A stretch of DNA of 64,000 nt, from the NCBI GenBank assembly GCA_052327205.1, contig CM126206.1:205158001-205222000 (forward strand), in the 5' to 3' direction. Below, one piece after another: positions 63,279-64,000 of this stretch. Source of the DNA: Somniosus microcephalus. Taxonomy: Eukaryota. The notes beneath the pieces were generated by a model, which did no database searches, was not told the DNA's origin, and saw nothing but the letters and a program-made list of their open reading frames with translations. The number at the start of each line of letters is the position of its first letter. Within the stretch, counting starts at the first letter, position 1. Made by a program: the position numbers and the translations under genes.

Positions 63279-64000
63279 TATGCTCCTCCTGCGCTATGTG
63301 GGAACTCAGGGACACTTCCTGTGTCCCTGACAACCATGTGTGCAGGAAGTGTGTCCAGCTGCAGCTACTGGCAGACCGCATTACGGTGCTGGAGCAGCGA
63401 TTGGATACATATGGGACCATTCGCGATGCTGAGGACGTCGTGAATAGCACGTTTGATCAGTTGGTCACACCGCAGGTAAAGTTGGCACAGGCAGAGAGGG
63501 AGCGGGTGACCAACAGGCAGAGTAGTAGGCGCAGGCAGGTAGTGCAGGGGTCCCCTGTGGCCATCCCCCTCTCAAACAGATATACCGCTTTGGATACTGA
63601 TAGGGGGGGTGGCTTACCAGGGGAAGGCAGCAGCAGCCAACTTCCTGGCACCACGGGTGGTTGTGCTGCACAGAACGGGAGGAAAAGGACTGGGAGAGCT
63701 ATAGTGATAGGGGATTCTATTGTAAGGGGAATAGATAGGCATTTCTGCAGCAGCAAACGAGACTCCAGGATGGTTTGTTTCCTCCCTGGTGCAAGGGTCA
63801 AGGATGTCTCGGAGAAGCTGCAGAAAATTTTAGAAAGGGAGGGTGAACAGCCAGTTGTCGTGGTGCATATAGGCACCAATGATATAGGTAAAGAACAGGA
63901 TGAGGTCCTAAAAGCTGAATATAGGGAGTTAGGAGGTAAATTTAAAAATAGGACCTCAAAGGTAGCAATCTCAGGATTGCTACCAGAGCCACGTGCTAGT
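63279..64000 (+). mobile_element. CR1 ORF1 (zinc finger + SGNH esterase), runs off the window
   Basis: CSSCAMWE..HVCRKC, LSNRYTAL, VIGDSIVRG, VVHIGTND. Confidence 0.85.

Overview
Eukaryotic, repeat-rich vertebrate DNA, most likely a cartilaginous fish (inferred from a Deu-domain SINE, abundant CR1/L2 LINEs and Harbinger elements). The only host gene is PLEKHA8/FAPP2 on the minus strand: six GT-AG exons encode the C-terminal GLTP domain. One 36.7 kb intron (22551-59273) holds a five-level nest of mobile elements: Harbinger A > CR1 > a 23.7 kb endogenous retrovirus-like provirus (33078-56755, CCTT TSD) > Harbinger B > CR1. Two Gypsy LTR elements and another CR1 sit inside the provirus LTRs. The provirus resembles a lokiretrovirus: ~1.5 kb LTRs, tRNA-Arg PBS, coiled-coil Gag, UGA-CUAG gag-pro readthrough and a fusion-protein-like env. 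Its env appears to carry an N-terminal immunoglobulin-like domain. One young Gypsy element has no tRNA PBS; instead it has a 14-nt perfect complement to its own LTR over the AATAAA, suggesting self-primed reverse transcription. All family assignments come from motif recognition by eye; no database searches were run.
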